Shown here: piece after piece, positions 25,898 to 39,514 of the stretch
Layout: each line of letters begins with the position of its first letter
Numbering within the stretch: the stretch's first letter is position 1
Assembly: GCA_964016885.1 (NCBI GenBank)
Contig: OZ024759.1
Coordinates: forward strand, 36,394,001 to 36,458,000
Reading direction: 5' to 3'
Length of the DNA: 64,000 nucleotides
Source of the DNA: Eledone cirrhosa
Lineage: Eukaryota
Program-made: the position numbers and the translations under genes
The notes under the pieces: generated by a model
The model's input: only the letters and a program-made list of their open reading frames with translations
Databases searched by the model: none
What the model was told of the DNA's origin: nothing

Positions 25898-28800
25898 CCT
25901 TACAATTACCATTCAGCTGATCAGTGGCGAAACACGCATCACCAACCAATAAACGTAATGAAGGAGTAACCAATCGTCCTTGTGTTATTTTATTTTACTA
26001 TAATACACTCTGTCTAGCTCTACACTTCGACACTGAAGTGAACCTAAACACCGAGTGCTCACCCGGGTGAACCTACAGTAACTCCAAGTTACACTCCCTG
26101 GATATATCTATATATATATATATAGGAAAAGAGTTAGGACCCCGAACTAGCTGAGTTCGGATCTAGCTGTCGAAACAGCCAGAGTTCAGCTGAATGGATT
26201 TGGTATAGTGTAATTTGAAATGACTTTATGAAACCTTTATGAAACATTATGCATGTTTGTGTGTATATATGCACACATATACACACATACATTATAAACT
26301 TGTGAACTTGGTTCATGTGATGTTTTCTATGATTTTATGTATTCATTTAAATAGAACAAAAAATATAATAAACACATACACACACAACCACACAACCAGC
26401 CATGTAAAAAGACATACAACCATATATACACACACACAGTCAAATACAATCACAAACACAGCCTAATACATTTATACAAGTGCATACACACAGCCAAATA
26501 CAAGCATGCACACAGATACAGCCTAATACATGCACATACATACACACAGCCAGTTACACACACACACACAGCCAGTTACAGACACACACACACACAGCCA
26601 GTTACACACACACACAGCCATTTACAGACACAAACACACACACAGCCAGTTACACACACACAAACACAGTTTTACAACAGGAAAAAAGTTTGTCTTGTGA
26701 TACAAAAATTAAACTTGTTGACATATATAAATTTTTAAATGTCTGCCTTATTATATCATTGCCTCTCTCTCTCTCTCTCTCTGACTGCTTCTCTCTATCT
26801 CTAAGTGATTGTGCCTACTTCTCTAACCTTTCTCTCTCATTGACTATGCCTCACTCCCCCCCTCTATTATTGACTCTGCCTTTCTCTCATTGACTATGCC
26901 TCACTCCCCCCTCTATTATTGACTATGCCTCTCTCTCATTGACTGTGCCTCACTCTCCCCCTCTCTATTATTGACTATACCTATCAGCTTCTCCATTTTC
27001 TCACTGAGCTTCCCCACCCATTTCTCCCATTTAAGAAAATATAATTCTGTAACTAACTTTAAATCCCGTTTGCCATTCATCCTTACAGGGTCAATAAAAT
27101 AAAGTACCAGTAATGCACTGGGGTAATTGCTGGCCTTATGCCAAAAGTAGAAACAATTATTAAGCTGCTGTAGAATGGTTGTTAGAGCATCAGAGAAATG
27201 CTTAGAAAGATCTATTACATCTTTTTATGTTCCGAGTTCAAATCCCGCCGAGGTTAGCTGTCTTTCATCCTTACCAGTTCGATAAAATAAAGTACCAGTA
27301 ATGTACTGGGGTCGACTTAATACCCCTCCCCCCAACTTGTTGGCCTTGTGACTAAAGCAGAAACCCTTATTAACCCTTTACCATTTACATTATTCAATAC
27401 TTACTATTGTATTTTCATAGTAAAGGCTTTATTTCACATAATCATCTATGTAATATCAAGATTTTGATGTCATTTATTTTGAGAACAATACCTTAACATA
27501 CGTATGAACAGCCAGTTACAGCTGGTTTGAACAGAAAGAGGTGAGAGAATTCTGGCTGGATATGGCCGGTTTAAATGCCAAAGGGTTAAGCTGGTGTAGA
27601 ATGGTTGGTAGAGGTGGAGAATTGACAGAGTTGTTAGAACGTCAGATAGAAAGCTTTACAATATTCATTCCAGCTCTCTGAGTTCAAATCCTGTCGAGGT
27701 CAACTTTGCCTTTCGTCCTTTCACGGTCAATAAAAATGTACCAGTCTAGTACTGGGGTTGATTCTTCCTCTCTCTCACTTTCTATCTTTCTCTGGAAGAA
27801 ATCTGCTGTACTCAGGCCTGGAGGGATGGACTCTGCCAGGCTTAAAATAGCCAAGAAACACTGTGTGTCACTACGGCACCCCTACGACTATCAGGAGTTA
27901 CAGGACCATATATACATAGAATGGTTTGTAGAGACAAATACTTAGATATAGTCCACCTTTTTTACGTTCTGAGTTCAAATCCTGCCACGGTTAACTTAAT
28001 CTTTCATCATTAAGGGGTTATTAAAATAAAGTACTAGTCAAGTACTGGGGTCAATGTATTGCGAAAATTGCTGGCCTTGTCCCTAAATCAGAAATCATAA
28101 ACCAATACGAATCTAAGCTATCATGACTCATAAGAGTAGAGGGTTGGGCGCCATGCTTTGCCGCAGAGTTACGGCCCTTTATGGTCTGAGTTCAAATCCC
28201 GCTGAGGTTAACTTGCTGTGCCAAAAGTAGAAACAATTATTCTATGTACTATACATGCACTTTTGATGAGTTGTAGTGCACCTGAGCACCGTACACAATA
28301 ATTTCATTATTATTATTATTATTATGTAGTTTGGTATCAAAAGTTTAATTACTACTACTACTACATGTACACTGTACATTCTGTTAAGTGTTTCATAATA
28401 GGAAGGGCATCCAGCTGTGAAACCATTTTAAAACAAACAACCATGATGATAAGGCCAATTTGTCTGAGGGCAGTTGTTGTTACAGCTCAGCAAGAATGAA
28501 ATATAATAAAAACAAACAACTCCAAGGCTACAAGGTTAACGCGGGAGCTTTGTGTGTGTGATAGAGAGAGAGAGGGGGGGGGGGGGGAGAAATAGAAAAA
28601 TTTCACACCCACTCTCCTAAATAACTATATATATATATATATTGTTATACTTGGGGAGAGTTCTATTGTTGTAATAATATTGCCAGAAATAATAACAGAA
28701 CACACTCACTGTTTGGTTGGGGTTGGTTTTCGCTTTTGTATCTTTTATATCTCCATAGTTAATTTATTTGGCAATCAATGTTTATCATCGATTGACCAGC

Positions 28801-29504
28801 GGTTAAAAATACAGATATAAATATATATCATCATCATCGTTTAGCGTCTATCTTCCATGCTAGCATGGGTTAGATGGGAAGTCCCACTTGAGGCAAGATT
28901 GGTCGGGTGACCGTGTCTCGCTCATATAGGACTATCTGGCAGGTTTTGTACGGCTGGATGCCCTTCCTAACACCAACCATATTTACAGTGTGGACTGGGA
29001 ACTTTTTACCGTGTTACCTACATGGCCACATTACAGCGTGGACTGTGTGTTTTTTTGTTGTGACAAGTCTATCAAAGTTCTTTCGTCACACATCTGCGAC
29101 ATCATTAGTAGTACTATTATGTTTCCTCCCATTGTATTGTAATGTCTATGCTTGTCAATCAATGATAAACATTGATTGCCAAATAAATTAACAATGGAGA
29201 TATAAAAGATACAGAAGCGAAAACCAACCCAAACCAAAGTGTGTTCTGTTATCATTTCTGGCAATATATATAGTAATGAAATACACACACAGATACATAG
29301 GTATATGTGTGAAAAAGTCAACTAAATAGCGGAGTCTCTTGATAACCTCACAGCGATGGTGCACTTTTCTAGTGCAGGATTGCTGCAAGACAATAGGGGA
29401 AAATGCAGTCGAGACTTTGAAGAAAAAATAGGTATATTTTTGTCTATTATTTCCTTGCATTTATAATTTGATATATATATATGTATGTATATGATGATGA
29501 TGAT

Positions 29505-30000
29505 CCTATCTTCTCTCCTACTCACTAGCACATTAGTTTTGGCAAATGTTACTCTTAGGCCTATCATTCTTGTTTTGTTTCCATAGTTATAACTTATTTT
29601 CTGGGTCTTTAATGGATTCAGCTATAAAAACCAGATCATCTACATAGAGAAGTTGCCATGGACTGCCAGACTTAAACTCCTCTGTCATAGCTTGGAGGAC
29701 TATAATGAATAATAGCGGACTAAGAACCGAACCTCGTTGAACTCCTACTTGTACTTTGAATTCCTCACTAAACTCATTTCCGACTCTCACATTGCTGAGA
29801 GCTCCTCTGTACATGACTTGCACTGCTCTCACCAACCATTCTTCTACACTTAATTTCCTTAATGACTACTAGATAATAGATTGGGGCACTCTGACAAATG
29901 CTTTTTCTATGTCAACGAAAGCTAGATATAGTGGCTTATTTTTGGCTAAGAACTTTTCTAGTTGCCTTACTAAAAAAAGGACGTCTGTAGTACTTTTCCA
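29505..30000 (-). mobile_element. RTE LINE RT fragment
   Basis: VGVQRGSVLSPLLFIIV...LLYVDDL motifs. Confidence 0.8.
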
Positions 30001-30384
30001 AACTGCATCTCATCTAATTTGACTCTTTCTGAAACTAGTTGTGCTATAATTCTTACCATCACATTGTATATACACAGGGTGGAGCATAAAGATCTCCCAC
30101 ACTCTTTTTTTTTATATCCCTTCAAAATGGAGATCTTATGTCCTACCCTGTGTTATCATCCTCGTCTTTACATCTGCTTTCCCATGCTTGCATGGGTTGG
30201 ATGGGTCCTTCTTAGCACAGCATCTCCCCATTTGTTGTGTTCCCTTGTCATCTCCTCAGCCAAAGTCTTTCTTGGTCGTCCTCTACTGCGGCTTTCTCCC
30301 ACTGATGACCCTCTGCTATCGCACACAATCCTGGCCTGCTCTCGCAACTCCACTCAGCTTCAAGCTTTCTTAATTCAGCCTCAG

Positions 30385-31050
30385 TGTCATGCCTCCAGCT
30401 GCCGCGGTGTCTCATCCTCTAACTCTGCAGGTCCCAGGTCAGGGCATGGCATGTGGTGTTGGGTGCTGGTTTCCTGAGGGTATGTCCAATCCAGCACTTC
30501 CTCCGGAGAATCTGTTTTGCCACTGGCTCCTGTCTCACTCGCTCCCACGGACCTTCCTGGGTCATTTGATGTTGTAGATGTACCTCAGACAGGTGTTGAA
30601 GAATGTCTAGATATTCTGCTGCATCTTCTTTGTTGTCCTCCAAATTTCACATCTGTACAGAAGTACCACCTTCATGCTGGAATTGAAGATGTGAAGTTTA
30701 GTCTTGGGCAGATCTCTTTTGATGCCCAGACGTTCGTTAGAATGATCAAAGCTGCTTTTGCCTTGCTAATCCTGGCTGTGATGTCTCAGCCGGTTCCATC
30801 ACATCGATCAACCACACTTCCCAGGTAGACAAATGATTCCACCTCTTTGATGGGCTCTCCACTCTTCCTCTTCCACCTGGTCATTGACTGGATAATGAAA
30901 ACCACTACCACAGACAGGAACAAGCGTATACAGTAGACACCCTGAACATAACTGGCTAACTTGTCACACAGTTACGACCAGATACAGGGTAAGACCTCAC
31001 ACTTTGAGACCACGTCAGCCAGGACAGGGCTCAAGATAAATAAGAAGAAA
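30385..31050 (-). mobile_element. Second RTE-like LINE fragment, rearranged
   Basis: RRKCWIGHTLRKP and FVYLGSVV-like motifs on the minus strand, adjoining a plus-strand RT remnant (30860-31050). Confidence 0.6.
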
Positions 31051-31432
31051 ACCGAGCTGGAAGGAACACCACAAGGCACTTCATTACCCCATGTCCGATC
31101 AATTCTACCAATCTTCCACCACTAAAAAGATTTAAGTCACCACGGTGGCATTTGAACTCAAAACGTACAATAATACATGCAAAGTATTTAAGGATAGGAC
31201 GAGAGAAATAACAAATAAATAAAAAATTATTTTTAAGTAATAAGAAGTACATCTTATCCCTTTTCAAACTCGATTTTGCCTTTCACGGGTCAATAAAATA
31301 AAGTACCAGCTGCCCCCAAAAGGATTTGAACTTGATATGTAAAGAGCTGAAACTAAATGACTCCCGGATATTTTATACTATGCTTTAACATTTCAGATAA
31401 TCCAGTTATTTGAATAAATAGTTTGTTGTTAA

Positions 31433-31475
<43 letters not shown>

Positions 31476-31917
31476 TTAATATAGAAAAGCTTCTACAGGA
31501 CTAGAACTGTTTCATTCGGGAGCAATCACAGTTCTAGTCCTGTAGAAGCTTTTCTATATTAAAACTTTTATACTCTGCTATGTATTGAGTACTTTACTTA
31601 CTGTGGTTACCCCCAATTCAACCCAAAATAACTTATATATATATACACACAACTGTTGTCCGTTTATATTAATTCCTTTGTCGCTAAAGAGTACCAGTCA
31701 AATACTGGTCGGTTTGATCGACTGCCCTCTCTCTACCCCAAATTGCTGACTTTCTGCTTAAAGTGGAAATCATTATCTATGTATATATTGCACATACATT
31801 ATATGCATGTGTGCAAATGCACTATATGCACATTATACACACAAGAATGTGAGATGGTGCCACGATAGAATTTGTGTATCTATAAGTGTTAATGTCTGTA
31901 TATATATATACACACAA

Positions 31918-31948
<31 letters not shown>

Positions 31949-32335
31949 TTTACGTCGGCGTATTTCTGTATGCTTTTGTGTCTATGTATGTCAATATATA
32001 TATATATGTCAATATATATATATATGTATCTATATATGTTTGTTTGCCTATGTATGTCAATGTACATAGGGTGTATATGCTTATATCAATATATATATAT
32101 ATTATATATGTGTGTGTGAGTCCCGGGTTCAATCGGGAGTAACCAGGGTAAGTAAGGTACTCAATACATTAGTAAAGTGAAGTGAAAACAACAAATTTAA
32201 TATAGAAATGGCTTCTACAGGACTAGATCTGTTTCATTCAGGCTTTCCTGATTTGATGATTTCCTTCGAATGAAACGGTTCTAGTTCTGTGGAAGCTATG
32301 TATATAACAAATTGGTTACATATTTATATATATAT

Positions 32336-32384
<49 letters not shown>

Positions 32385-32712
32385 TATATATATACATATA
32401 TATACACATATATATATACACACACATATATACATACACACATATATATATATATATACACACACATATATATATACACACACATATATATATACACACA
32501 TATATATATATACACATATATATATACACACACATATATATATACACACACACACATACATATACACACACATATATATATAGATGTATATACGTATGCG
32601 TGCGTGGGTGTGTGTGTCTAAATGCATGGGGGGGGGATATGTATGTCTAATGTAACCCTCCAACTGCATACACACACAAACATAAAATATCATCCCACAC
32701 ACACATATATAT

Positions 32713-32749
<37 letters not shown>

Positions 32750-32828
32750 GTATTATATATATATATCATCGTTTTAACGTCCATTTTCGGCGCTAGCATG
32801 GATTAGACGATCATATATATACCTATAT

Positions 32829-32891
<63 letters not shown>

Positions 32892-33192
32892 TATACATAC
32901 ATACACATATACATATATATACACACACGTGTATATATATATATACATATATATACACACACAGTGGTTCATGAATTTTGTTCTCATATAAATATATAAA
33001 TATTTTTTATTATGATAAGTGTTGTTATTTTGTTTTTAATTAGTTAATTAATTTAATTAAATTAATGAACATGAATCGCTGGCGAGAAAGAAGAGAGACA
33101 TAAGTGGGAAGTATTTTGTTAATAACAACTATGGCGAAGTGTTTGGAGAGAGGAGGAGAGTGGGACAAAAACAGACGACAAGTGTGTCATAC

Positions 33193-33350
33193 CTGATAAG
33201 AGTTTGCAGAAATAAAACGGCTGATGCTCCATCAAACATTAAAACAATCGCCACTACAAAAGAAACTCCACGAAATAGTAGAAGGAAAGGAAAGGAAAAA
33301 AAAAACTTTTTTCAAGAATTTTCAGTTGTCCAACATCGACGATTTAACAT
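33193..33350 (-). other. Candidate non-coding exon 1 (5'UTR) of the TAB2/3 gene
   Basis: Unique non-repetitive island with a minus-strand donor CAG|GTATGA at 33193/33192, just downstream of a promoter-like motif cluster. The first coding exon has an acceptor at 24951, so an upstream exon is implied. The 5' end is approximate. Confidence 0.5.
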
Positions 33351-33400
33351 GGCCGGTGAGTGTCAGCAGTGCGCATGCCCCGAACACAACACTTCCGGTT
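33347..33400. promoter_or_regulatory. Housekeeping-type promoter motif cluster (YY1-like, NRF1-like, ETS/GABP-like)
   Basis: AACATGGCCG at about 33347, GCGCATGC at 33371 and ACTTCCGG at 33391 lie within about 55 bp in otherwise AT-rich repeat DNA. Confidence 0.55.
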
Positions 33401-34174
33401 CCAAATAAAAAAAAAAACTTCTTCCAAGTAAAAAAACATCAACAGAGTTAAATCGAATATATTGTATATATATATTTTGATATATACACAACATATATAT
33501 TTATATATATACAATGTATATACAAGATAAAGATATATATATATATATATGTATATGTATATGTGTATGTATATATATATATATATTTGTTTATATGATT
33601 TGATATATGACATACACATGTATGTATATTATTACTACAGATTAAAGGTTTAAGCAATAAATTTCTGCTTTCACCCAAAGAGGGATCATCTGAAAATGAT
33701 CGAGTCCTCTTTGGACTTTTGTCTTTGTATTATTATTATTATCCTTGTGGTTAATAAAGAAAGCATTATTATTATTATACAGATACGCGCGCACGCACGC
33801 ACACACACATATACCTATATATATATATAATAAGGTATTGTGGACATTACGATATATGCATCATCATCATCATTATCACCATCATCATCATCATCACCAT
33901 GACTGTTTAACGTCAATGTCAATTCTCCATTCTTTCATAGGTTAAGAGGGTTATCACGTCACGAAGATAGCTAGGTCAGGTGATCACGTTTTGCTCATAC
34001 GATCCGATTTTGGCCTGGTTTTCCATGGCTGGATGCCCTTCCTAAAGCCACCCACATTACAATGTGTAGTAGAACCTTTTTTTTCCATGGGACTACCACT
34101 GCCACTTTACAGAATTGATTGGGTGCTTTTCACTGTGTCACCAGAACGACCACCTTACAGGGTGAACTAGGTGC

Positions 34175-34237
<63 letters not shown>

Positions 34238-35454
34238 AGGCTGGGTAAAATTCCATAGATCCATACACGAGTTCTCTCCAGCAGTCTCTGGGGAAGGGAT
34301 GTGCTGAAAGGGACCCATCCAACATATGTGGGTGTAAAAACGATGATGATGATGGTAATGATGATGACGACGATGATAATGACAATTGATGAAGATTGAA
34401 GTCGTCAAGTGCTCCTTCCAGGGAGGTCATATCAGAAGAAACTGTCTTCAATTGATCTGGCTGGATCTCCAGCTCCAATACTATGGCATGTGGTTAGAAC
34501 GTCTCAGGAAAGAATCACTGGACAGATTTTACAGGCAAAACCAACTGGCAGGAGACCCAGGGGTAGATCCCAAGCAAGATGGTTAAATAACATCCATGAG
34601 CTTGGCTGGTCTCACTTGGGGACCCAGCTGGTTCTGACAGGATCCACTGGAAAGAGTGTTTGAGGACTCTTCCCCCATGACCCTCACAGGAAGAAGAAGA
34701 ATCTAAGGAATATACTCTGAAACCAGTTTAAAATTGAGAAAGTTGGTTATATTACTAAATCCCTAAAAAATTCTTGATTATTTTCACACTTACTTGAAAA
34801 CCAGAGACAAAAATATGGTAATGAAAGGCTTAAGCCTTTAGCATTTAAACTGGCCTTAGCTAGCCAGAATTCTCTCAGCTCTTTCTGTTCAAACTGACCA
34901 TAACTGACCCCTCATACTGATGTTAAGGTATTGTTCTCAAAATAAATAATATCAAAATCTCATAAATTTGACATTATGTGAGGTAAAGTCTTTACTGTAA
35001 AAATACAATAATATATAGAGAGTGATGTAAATGGTAAAGGGTTAAATATTTATTTTGTATTTTATATTTTTGTGCTATTTTTTAAGTTAAAATCGTGTTA
35101 ATATCAGTTTTTCCTTGTTTGTGTTGTTGTTTTTGGTGTTATGGTCTTGGGAGTGGAGATACAGATGTTGTTATTGCTGTGGTGGTGGTGGTGTTGTTGC
35201 TAATGCAGATATTTGAGGTCATGATGGTGGTGGCGGTGTTGATGTTGGGGGAGGGGAGGTGACAACGGTAGTGGTGTTGGTGGTGGTCACAATGTTGGGG
35301 GTGGGATGTTAGTGTTGGTGGTGGTGGTGTTGCTGATGGTGGTGGTGGTAGTGCTGGCGGTGGTGGTCGTGTTGTTGATGGTGGTGAAGGTGATGTTGTT
35401 AAGTTGGATGAAGGAGTGTCTTTGTTCTTCATCATAAACATCACTCCCAACACT

Positions 35455-36135
35455 ACCACCAAACTCCACCACCACTACTACCAACAACAACAACACTACC
35501 ATCACCACCACAACCACCACAACCACCACAAGCACTAGCACCACCACCATCAACACCAACAACAACAACATCAACAACAACACTACCACCACTACTACAA
35601 CCACCACCACCACTACCACCACCACCATAACCACCACCACCATAAACACCACCACCATAACCACCACCACTAACACCACTACAACCACCACCGCCACCAC
35701 AACCACCACCACCACTATCACTACCACCACCACAACCACTACCACCACCACCACCACTATCACCACAACCAACACCACCACAACCACCACCACCACCACC
35801 ACTATCACCACCACCACCACCAACACCACCACCGCCACCACCACAACCACCACCACCACTATCACCACTACCACCGCCGCCACTACCACCACAACCACCA
35901 CCACCGCCACTATCACCACTACCACCACTATCACCACCACCACCACCAACACCACTACAACCACCACCGCCACCACCACCACCACTATCACCACCACCAC
36001 CACAACCACCACCACCGCCACTACAACCGCCACCACCACAACCACCACCACAACCACCACCACCACTATCACCACTACCACCACTATCACCACTACCACC
36101 ACAACCACCACCACCACCACCACCGCCACTACCAT
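35455..36135. repeat. (CCA)n-rich triplet repeat
   Basis: Explains the poly-V and poly-G ORFs. Similar tracts at 39940-40750 and 54950-55190. Confidence 0.95.
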
Positions 36136-36185
36136 CAGTAGCCGCAGGATGGTTAGGATTGGCAGTAACAGCAGCAGCAGCAAAC

Positions 36186-36820
36186 GGTGGAGTGACAGAA
36201 TCGGTAGAGCGCCGGACAACTTGCTTCATGGCATATAATTACGGCCCTTTACGTTCTAAGTTCAAATTCCGCCGAAATTAGCTTTGCTTTTCATCCATAC
36301 GGGGTCGATAAAATAAACTACCAGTAATACACTGGGTCGATTTAATCGACTTTTCTCTCTGCCCAGAAAATTGTAGGTATTTTGCCTAAATCAAAAACCA
36401 TTATTTGGTTGGTAGGCGGTGTATTGGCAGAATCGGTAGAGGGTCGGACGCCATGCTTTGATGCATAGAGTTACGGCCCTTGCTATTCTGAGTTCAAATC
36501 CCGCCGAGGTTAACTTTGCCTTTCATCCTTACGGGGTCGATAAAATAAAGTACCAGTAATGTACTGGGTAATTTCTGGCCTTGTGCCAATAGTAGAAACA
36601 ATTATTTGGTTGGTAGGCGGTGTATTGGCAGAATCGGTAGAGGGTCGGACGCCATGCTTTGCAGCACAGAATTACATCCTTTTACGATCTGAGTTCAAAT
36701 CCCGCGGAGGTTAACTTTGCCTTTCATCCTTACGGGGTCGATAAAATAAATTACCAGTAATACACTGGATAATTGCTGGCCTTGTGCCAAAAGTAGAAAC
36801 AATTATTTGGTTGGTAGGCA
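36186..36820 (+). mobile_element. Three tandem tRNA-derived SINEs
   Basis: Each ~200-bp unit has an A-box (TGGCAGAATCGG), a B-box (GAGTTCAAATCC) and the core GCCTTTCATCCTTACGGGGTCGATAAAATAAAGTACCAG. Many other copies at 27165-28240, 42462-42745, 46990-47835, 16990-17140 and 24120-24290. Confidence 0.85.
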
Positions 36821-38650
36821 GAACGGAAACCATCCAGATATTATGGTCAAACAGATATATAAAGTTGTCCAAGAGGTTATTGCTTAGGATTACGTTCCAC
36901 TTGTGTTTGAGAGGGTGAGTGACCAGAGATTGGGGCGGAGATCAGACGACCGCGGTTTCCATGATTTCCACACAGTTTAAAAGCCTCTCCCATCCCTCTG
37001 CATTTGTTGCTCTTTAAAATATATTTACACACAAAGACATACATATACATACACACAATACATTTCCTTTCTCAATCAAGTTCGCTTTCCAGTCACAAGA
37101 GTCCTAGATTCTAACCCAACATTTGTCCCTGTGTAAATAGATATTTCTACAAAGTTACTCATACATTTAAATTCTGTATGCCATTTGTACACATATATGC
37201 TTAACATTTATTCAAGAAATAAATCATCAAAATATCGTTTTTTACCATAAATCGCTCCCACCTGACAATAATCAACATAAACTATAAGGTTTCTCTTATG
37301 CAAACTATTAATTTATCAAAAGCAAATTTCTTAGTTCGTATGAATGTTCAAATATCCAATAATCTTGGTATATATATATGGCATAACACTTCTTTTTGAC
37401 GCAAAACTCCGCCAGTTGCAGACTGCGCATCAACATAAGATATTCTTCTCCACAAAGTTCGATCACCAGCAGCAGAGTTTAAAGAGCAAAGATGAAGACA
37501 TAACATTCCTGAACTCCAAAGATTAAATATGTTCAAAGCTATTGCCGTAATTATTGATGACACTGGCTAACTCGTAGAAATTTGTAGAAGTTTGGGGAGA
37601 AAATATAATGATAAATTATTTTAATGTTGCAATATTAAAGAAAATGTAATGGAATGGGTGAACAACGGAGCCAACACCAGAGCAAAAGACAGCAACGTCG
37701 CGAGAAGTACCGGGCAACCTCTCTTATGATTTTTGAGGCAAGCCAGCACACTCGCAGCGTTGCCTCGGGTGGTGGCGAGGCTAATGCGCTGGAACAACCA
37801 AGCGCCCTTGCGAGATTCGCCAGTTACCTCTGATGGGGCGTTCACCCCTTCCTTTACATTTTCTTTAATATTGCAACATTAAAAGAATATATCATTATAT
37901 TTACTCGTAGACGTTTATCTAGTAATTATTTATTCCAAGCGAAGGTCTTATCCTCACTGGTGGTTCGCCTGACTGAGGTGACAATGCTGCGAGCGTATTG
38001 GCTTCCCTCAAAGTGTTAACTCTTGAGACCTGATGTGTGGCCGATTGTCGCACTTGGTGGTGAATTGATGGTCGTTTTTGTTTTTGATCCCCCTTTTTCT
38101 TCTTTTTTCTCTCTTTTATGCGTTTATATTTGTGTTTATCAATCTATATCATGTTCTTCTGGATGTTCTGTAATGTTCTTCTGGACGAATTGCGAGCAAT
38201 TTATAATGTTATTTACACATTTGTAATGTTATTTTAATTCAATAAACTATGTAACTCGTAGTGCAATATAATTTTATTATATACAGGTTTATGATTGATA
38301 TAGTATTCGTCTTTATTGTCTATTTTATCTAATATATTGTTTACTGGTTTATTTAATACCTTATTTATTTGTCAAGGGACGATGAGGGAGGAATCAGAGA
38401 TTCTATTAATGAAAGCAATGATGATAATTATAGCTAATGGAAGGGAGACAATTACAATTAAACACAAACTTAAGACAATTAACATAATTAATTCCCTTGA
38501 AAAAAAAACAACATTAAATGTGAAAAATGTATTGAGACAGGATTTGATTTGTGAAGTTAATATCTGTGTAAAAGGTATAAACCCATTTCTAACAGGGTAT
38601 TTAGTACCCTAAGCTAGCCCTACAATGTGTACCTGGGTACACATTGTAGG

Positions 38651-38684
<34 letters not shown>

Positions 38685-38864
38685 ATATAGAAAAGGCTTC
38701 TACAGGACTAGAACTGTTTCCTTCGGGAGAAATCATATACTCTGCTTTGTGTTGAGTACCTTACTTTTATATATATATATAAGTTATCCCGGGTTCAATC
38801 GGGGGTAACCACAGTAAGTAAGGTACTCAATACATAGCAGAGTATAAATGTTTAATATAGAAAA

Positions 38865-38913
38865 GCTTCTACGGGACTAGAACTGTTTCATTTGTTAGAA
38901 ATCATCAGGAAGC
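38865..38913 (-). ncRNA. Type I hammerhead, family A
   Basis: GCTTC-CTGATGA-TTTCTAACAAAT-GAAA-CAGTTCTAGTCCCG-TA-GAAGC, with one mismatch each in stems II and III. Confidence 0.65.
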
Positions 38914-39181
38914 TGAGAGAGAGTGTGTAGATAGATAGAGAAGTGTGGAGAGATAAAGAGAGAGAGGGGGCGGTGTAGAAAGATAGAGATTGTCAATATC
39001 ATGTCCTTCCCTCTGCCCAAACCTCCCCCAACCCCCTCTTCCCAGTCAATCTCCTTCCATCTTTGTTTAAGATTCTCCTCTTAAGCTCAATAACCATTTA
39101 CGGACCAGTCTTGTACGGCTGGTGCCATTCAATGGAGCATCTAATACCACCATGGTGGTATTAGATGCTGGAACCAGGGGA

Positions 39182-39222
<41 letters not shown>

Positions 39223-39253
39223 CACACGTATATATATACATACATATATATAT

Positions 39254-39290
<37 letters not shown>

Positions 39291-39443
39291 AATATATATA
39301 TTTACACACATATATATATACATATATATATACACACACACACATATATATATATATATATTTACACACATATATATACATACATGTGTGTGTATATATA
39401 TATATATAAATATATTTACACACATATACATATATATATATAC

Positions 39444-39514
<71 letters not shown>

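Noticed and set aside
35287-36229. Glycine-rich or valine-rich protein ORFs
   Set aside because: Translation of a (CCA)n triplet tract that runs out of a SINE; similar tracts occur elsewhere in the window.
36186-36820. tRNA genes
   Set aside because: A and B boxes are present but there is no cloverleaf, and each continues into a shared SINE body.
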